Source: Fimbriosthenelais zetlandica
Lineage: Eukaryota
Assembly (NCBI GenBank): GCA_977030845.1
Contig: OZ365111.1
Coordinates: 8,990,001 to 9,054,000, forward strand
Length of the DNA stretch: 64,000 nucleotides
Direction: 5' to 3'
Made by a program: the position numbers and the translations under genes
The notes under the pieces: generated by a model
Told to the model about the DNA's origin: nothing
The model's input: the letters and a program-made list of their open reading frames with translations, nothing else
Databases searched by the model: none
In this document: one piece after another, positions 58,344 to 64,000 of the stretch
Layout of the letters: each line of letters begins with the position of its first letter
Position numbering within the stretch: position 1 is the stretch's first letter

Positions 58344-61300
58344 GCTGAATGCCAATCTTTAAGATTAATAGACTAAATCTAAAAGCTTGCATGTATAGAA
58401 GTCCACACACCACATAACTTCTATATCCATTATAGTCCTACCTCAGACTCCCTCAAGATTATATAGGTTTATTCTCGCATGATTTCAGTCATTTACATAA
58501 TTATTAAATATTATCTTGTATAAATGGATTTATATTCCTTATAAGGAAAAGTGACGGTCATTTAGGTGCAAATTGACTTAGGTGCGCAGAAGAGGTCTGT
58601 TCTAGAGCGCTGCGGTGGAGTAATTTTTAGAGCGATGAAGGCAATGGTTGTGCCAAAGATAACATTGGCGCGCCTCCTGATTCTCCCTGCTTAATAATGG
58701 ATGCTGTCAGCCCAATACCCTGTAATTTCTGGTGATAATTATCACCCTGAAAAAGTGATTACCCCTCCTTCACACATGGAATTTCCCCCCATTTATGATC
58801 CTGGTTGGGGATGTCCACTTTCGATGGCTTTTCTGGACACCTCCTCTCAACCTGAAAGTTATGAAAGTTTAGGGAATCCAGAAATTCCTCTTTCATACAC
58901 GTTTATGGCAGCAGTTAATATAGGAGCACGTAGGCCACTACACAGGGTATGATTATGAAAAATTATGGCTCACTTGGAGTTGTGTCCTGTGTGTCAATAA
59001 ATAATTATTCAAGCGCTCAAAAGATATAATAATAGTGAAATAAAAAATATTTAAAAATATTATATGGAAGAACGAATACATAAATTTAAGAAACATACGT
59101 CAGGAGGATTTCATTTAGATGCGCATCTTGCCATGTTTTTTCTCTCTAAATCCAAGTCCTTTAAACAGTATTTGGTGGTCCGAGGCCTATTCTTATTTGT
59201 GCAAAGATTGCCTGGATATCATGATTTCAGCCACTGTTTTTCACAGTGTAAGATAGTAGGTGGGATTGTTTTTTGACTCCAAATTAAAGGACTTAAATTT
59301 TGAAAAAAAAAACTGTTGAACTTTTGAAATATACCCCCGTCCCTCCCCTCGCCCCAAGAGTCTTATTCCTTGCGTCATCAAACTACAAAAAATGTACCAG
59401 CAATAAGCCTACTCATCTGGCATCATCATACATAACGCTCAAACGTATCACAGTATCAAAGCAACAGATGCCGCCACTGTACAAGCTATTTTACAAAAAT
59501 CCCACACACAGCAGACCCGACCCACCCCCACCACACCCAACACCCTACCTCCACTCAAGTGCTCGAGGTGTACCTTGGGAATAAAGGAAACTCAGGATTC
59601 GAGGTCAGCTTTTATTACCTGGATCTAGTCACGCAAGGAGTAGCTCAATGATTAATGCTCTTCCGCCACTTATATATTTCTAAATCACAATTAATATAAT
59701 TATATACTTCTCTATATTAATTTATTATTATCTATTTATTTGTATGGCCATGCCTCTTCATCCTGCTCCTGCAACCAACCACCTCTTACCACCCCTCCCT
59801 TGACTTATCAAGCTGCCCGAATTGAGCGGAAACTATACATTTTTAGTTAAAATGTATAATTAATATTTTTGTTTTTTTGCTTTATTTCTTTGTTGAGGGG
59901 GTGGGGTGATAAATGTCTGGGTGGGGTTGATTAATATCAGGGCGGGGGGCTTCCTAAGTTGAAGCGCCTCCCCCCCCCCCCGACCCAAACACCCGGATCC
60001 CGTTCCCCCACCTCCTCTACAGTAAGAGCTAATTAAAAATCACAACTCTAAACATAGCGTTTCCATTGTGGCAGTATAGCTCCTTGAATGATAATCACTG
60101 ACTCTCCATTAGTGACTGTTTCTGAGTAAATAAATCTAACAATTCTTGAGCACCCATGGTATCAGATACCATGACAGACTTATACCTGTCAAGGTATCTG
60201 ACCATATAAAGCTTTCGCGCCTATACATCAAGAGTCTTCACATACCAAACTCATTTAACGGTCTACTTTTTGTAATAACCTTGTACACTAGCTGGCACTA
60301 TATTACGATTTGCAGTAAAATATTTTAATCCTTCCCCACAAAAATAGGCATATTACCCTTTCATATTCCAACAAGAGTATGTCTAATAGGTGATAAATGT
60401 GATTCTATATGTGACGCTTGTTTCTTTCTTTTGCAGTAGAATTTTTTTTAACCCATTGATATAAGAGAATGTTAACAAGTGATGGAATAAGTCAAATAAT
60501 ATATATAATAGTAAAATGAAGCAGCAATGGGATGGCGTGATAGCTCCCATTCTTGCTTCCCTTGTAGATATATTCCATCTCCTCTCACGATTCAAACAGA
60601 GAGAAAATTGTAAGTGGACCCTTTTGTTTTGGGAGGTTGCTATAGAGCTATAGTGCAGACCGCGAATTCTCTTCGCCAGGATTGGGGTCGAATTCCATGC
60701 TTCACGGGTTTGAAATTCAGTTGTGCACAGTCAGCAACTTGAAACCTATATTTATGTTATAATCTGATGAAGATTCTTTAAAAAAAATAAACAATTAATA
60801 TCAGGAATTGTGGAGGTCTTATCGGATGACGGAAATTCAATCAATTTCAATAAGTTTAATTGCTATAATTTATCTTTTTTTTATCTATCGGAATGAAATA
60901 TGCATGTAGGCCTATAAATGTTTCGAGACTGCAATTCTTAGAACTGTCAAAGGATTAAATGTCATGGTCTGTCATATCACAGATAGAGGCTATAATCATA
61001 TGTTCTCACCTTTTACAGAAGCGGTCAAAGCTAACGCTCATATTGAGCTTTGACACCTTCCTACTTCCCACACCCACTAAATAATGAACCTCCCTTTCCT
61101 TTGTACATTAGCGCTTTGTATTAGTGTGTCAGTCAGTCAGTTAGTCAGACAGAGAGCTAAAGGCATGCCTGGGTGGAAAGTATGCTGCAAATGATCTATC
61201 AACACTGGATTACAATTCAAACTTTCAGCATCATGATATATAATAATGAAAACCTCTTCAAACCTATAGTCAGACTGGAACATAACAATACATAGAAAAT

Positions 61301-63123
61301 CTCTGGCGATTTTCTAATGATGGATATATCATACACGGATCCAAAGTAGTCATAATCAAGGATCGAACCTTCCATTAAATTAGAGGTGAGTTCATGTAAA
61401 TTATTATTCTGGACATCAATGTTGGTTTTCAACATCTGATTGTAAGCATAGATTTAGAGGCTCTAGATGGTAGATAGAGGTTAAACATGGAAGGGTGGTA
61501 AGCAACAGGTAATTTAGCATCTTGGTGAGCAGCACTCCATGTATATGTATACTCATGATTCATGTTGTGTCTGACTTCCAACCCCAAAATGATGGACTAT
61601 GTAACACACGGTAATCTATTTGCTCTGATCTTATGATTATTGATCAACTGTAGTCCTTCTCAACAGTCTGAGTCAGCACATAGTAAACCTAATTTTCCCC
61701 AAATAAATTAAAAGAAATATAGCAGGAATTTAAATTTGATTCTTTAGAACAAAATGTGTTATAATCAGAAAGATAATTAAGAGACAGATTTAAAAATGTC
61801 TATAATGATTCAACAGAAAAACAGGACTTGATGGAGCTATGTATATAGTATATATAGGGGGGGATGTAAAGTGTTCACATGTATAGATTAGGAATCAGGG
61901 AAATCAGGCTGAGGCTGTCTAATGTACATTACCTCAACACCTGGTCCCATCCACCTGGCGGTGAGAAATAATTAATGTCGCTGGCAGGATGGCTCTAGCA
62001 ATAAATAGTTAACAAACAATTGATGCCGTTGTAAAAATCAATGAGCTAATTTATAGGTATTGACAATGTTCATTGGCAGCAGCTCTACCACCTGAATTTG
62101 TTACTGTAATTCTAAATAGATCTCCCCATCATATTCCTCAATAAAAGGATGCATTGACAACAATTATTTTAACTTAAACCTTCTAAATTACCGGTGTCCA
62201 ATGCTGAGTCGAAGATTTCCCCCTCAGGGCACATTAAAATATTAATTTGCTGTATGTGGATAAGCGGTAAATGAGGGCAATGGCCGAGTGCAGCGGTATG
62301 TGTTCAACACTACTGACATAGTGTGAAATCCATGTGGCAGCTTTAAGCGCAAGTTTATGACGGCCATGCTGCTTTAAAACCTGCTACAAATATGTATTTG
62401 TGAGATTAAGCTCAGAGCTATTACCGGGTAGGTAAATAAGTGGACACTCTGCTTTAGGAATGGGAATGAAAATCCCCCAATCTACGCCCAGCCTTACTGA
62501 CACATCCTCAGGATGGATTCAGGATTTCAGTAAGTCACTGGCTTTCCAAGAGCCATTAGATATGCATTACGGTATAGGGCAAAAATCAATACTTCAGCAA
62601 GGGGAATTTTTCTTTCGATTTAAGTCTTGTACGTGCAGGAATGCACTAAGCTGTGGTAGATATTTTACAATAAAGTTCTACAATTAATGCTCCAATGTGG
62701 ATCCAAATTTCAGCAAATCATCTCAAATACTTGTGCCTTTTCATATATATACATGTACATTACAATGTCACATTACAGAGCGATAGTATATTTTCAGTCA
62801 CACCCAATGCTTGTAATTGTTTTCAGTGGTTAGCCTTAGCATTAGTTGCGACTAGAAATATACTATCGCCCTGCATCGCTTGGGCTAATCGGCATCAGGA
62901 GGGTGATTGAGACTTCCTTGTAAAAGGTATAGGGCGAATAAACTAGGCTACTGATGTTATCAGACAAGCGGACTTCTGAGTAGTACATCAATCAGTAGTC
63001 AGCCGACTACTTAACAAAATCCATGGTAAAGAATGATTTATTACGTAGTGCCTAACAACCATGATTAATATCACATGTTTAACCCGTACAATAACATGTT
63101 CATATTTTCCTCTCACAGAAATC

Positions 63124-63959
63124 ATGGATTTAAGAGGGTATTCAGAAAACACTGACCCACGACCAAACCACTCCAACATGGACCAGGCAAGGTCAACAGA
63201 GAGGTCAAACATGCCACAGAATGACCTTCCAAGAAGTGAGGATGACAAAGACGACAAACATCGTCATCACCATCGACGTCATCACAAACGCCACTACCAT
63301 CGAATGCGCATGCACGACCACAACGTCAGGACACTGATCGACATTGACCTTGAAATATCCCAGGCCTGTATATGTGACGACTTAACAAACCCTTCTACGT
63401 CACTGGAGGTGTTTGGTGCATGGGGTACAAACTCACAGAGTTCAAAGACCAATCAACCCAAAGCAAAGAAACCCAATCATAAGAGGAATTCATTTGTTGG
63501 TGGGAGATTTTATACTGGTTCAGCGAGTAGTAAGAACAGCAGCTTAAGTCGAGAGAGGGAAGCTGTGAATGAAGAGGACGCCTATCGTTTCCAACATTAT
63601 GAGGATATTAGTTTTTATATAAAACAGTACCGAGAGGAGAATACCATATGTATTCAGGGTGAAGACCCCTGTGGTCCTCCAGTACTCGGGAAAGACACAC
63701 CGGATCCTTACTTTGCCAAGCTCAGTCAATGTGGGTGAGTACCGGTATACACTCTTATCAGTAATAGATTATCAGATATGACGCATATTCTTCTTGAAAT
63801 TCAATTGTATTACAATATTAGTTTTAAGGTAAAGTTGTGGAACAAATTAATAACTTCCCTCTTTGATAGTTCATTCCATATTACTAACAGAGACCTGTGG
63901 GATCGATTGATGGCATATACAGCTCTAGCAAGGGAACAGATGTACGACAGCGATCCTAG
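63124..63959 (+). CDS. Uncharacterised protein, 5' part only (continues beyond the window); His/Arg-rich N-terminal region
   Basis: Acceptor TTTTCCTCTCACAG at 63118 and ATG at 63124. The exon runs to 63734 (GG|GTGAGT); the next exon, 63891-63959 (AG|GTCAGT), continues in frame as GDLWDRLMAYTALAREQMYDSDPR. I did not recognise the family. Confidence 0.75.
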
Positions 63960-64000
63960 GTCAGTTTACATTTTAAAGTGATAACAATTGGCAAACCTGG

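Noticed and set aside
60640-60710. tRNA or tRNA-SINE (GGGTCGAATTCC resembles a B box)
   Set aside because: No cloverleaf or convincing A box.
63061-63123. ORF-track start of the 225-aa ORF
   Set aside because: It lies in an intron before the acceptor at 63118; ATG 63124 is the plausible start.

Overview
AT-rich, intron-containing genomic DNA from an invertebrate bilaterian, probably a marine protostome given its multiple-cysteine-cluster Toll-like receptor; the species cannot be determined from the sequence. I found no rRNA, tRNA or CRISPR features. Genes reconstructed by hand: a SERTA-domain transcriptional cofactor (-, 9455-10474); VPS37B/C (-, 26778-28012) head-to-head with an 18-exon acetoacetyl-CoA synthetase AACS (+, 29237-36072); a 16-finger ZFP91/ZNF692-like C2H2 protein with an internally duplicated 7-finger module (-, 38715-42413); three co-oriented minus-strand genes encoding an intronless TLR (49913-52966), an ankyrin-repeat/SOCS-box protein (53950-55395) and a 3-exon secreted cystine-knot protein (57063-58343); and the 5' part of an unidentified gene (+, from 63124). 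The cystine-knot gene is only partly visible in the ORF track (its last exon is the 57063-57542 ORF). It has a Norrin/bursicon/vWF-CTCK cysteine pattern, no prodomain and a roughly 100-aa insertion in finger 2. It is the most novel item, and with the TLR and ASB genes and nearby kappaB-like sites it may form an immune signalling module (inference). All exon structures are manual predictions from GT-AG sites and reading-frame continuity, and protein family assignments come from recalled motifs, not database searches.
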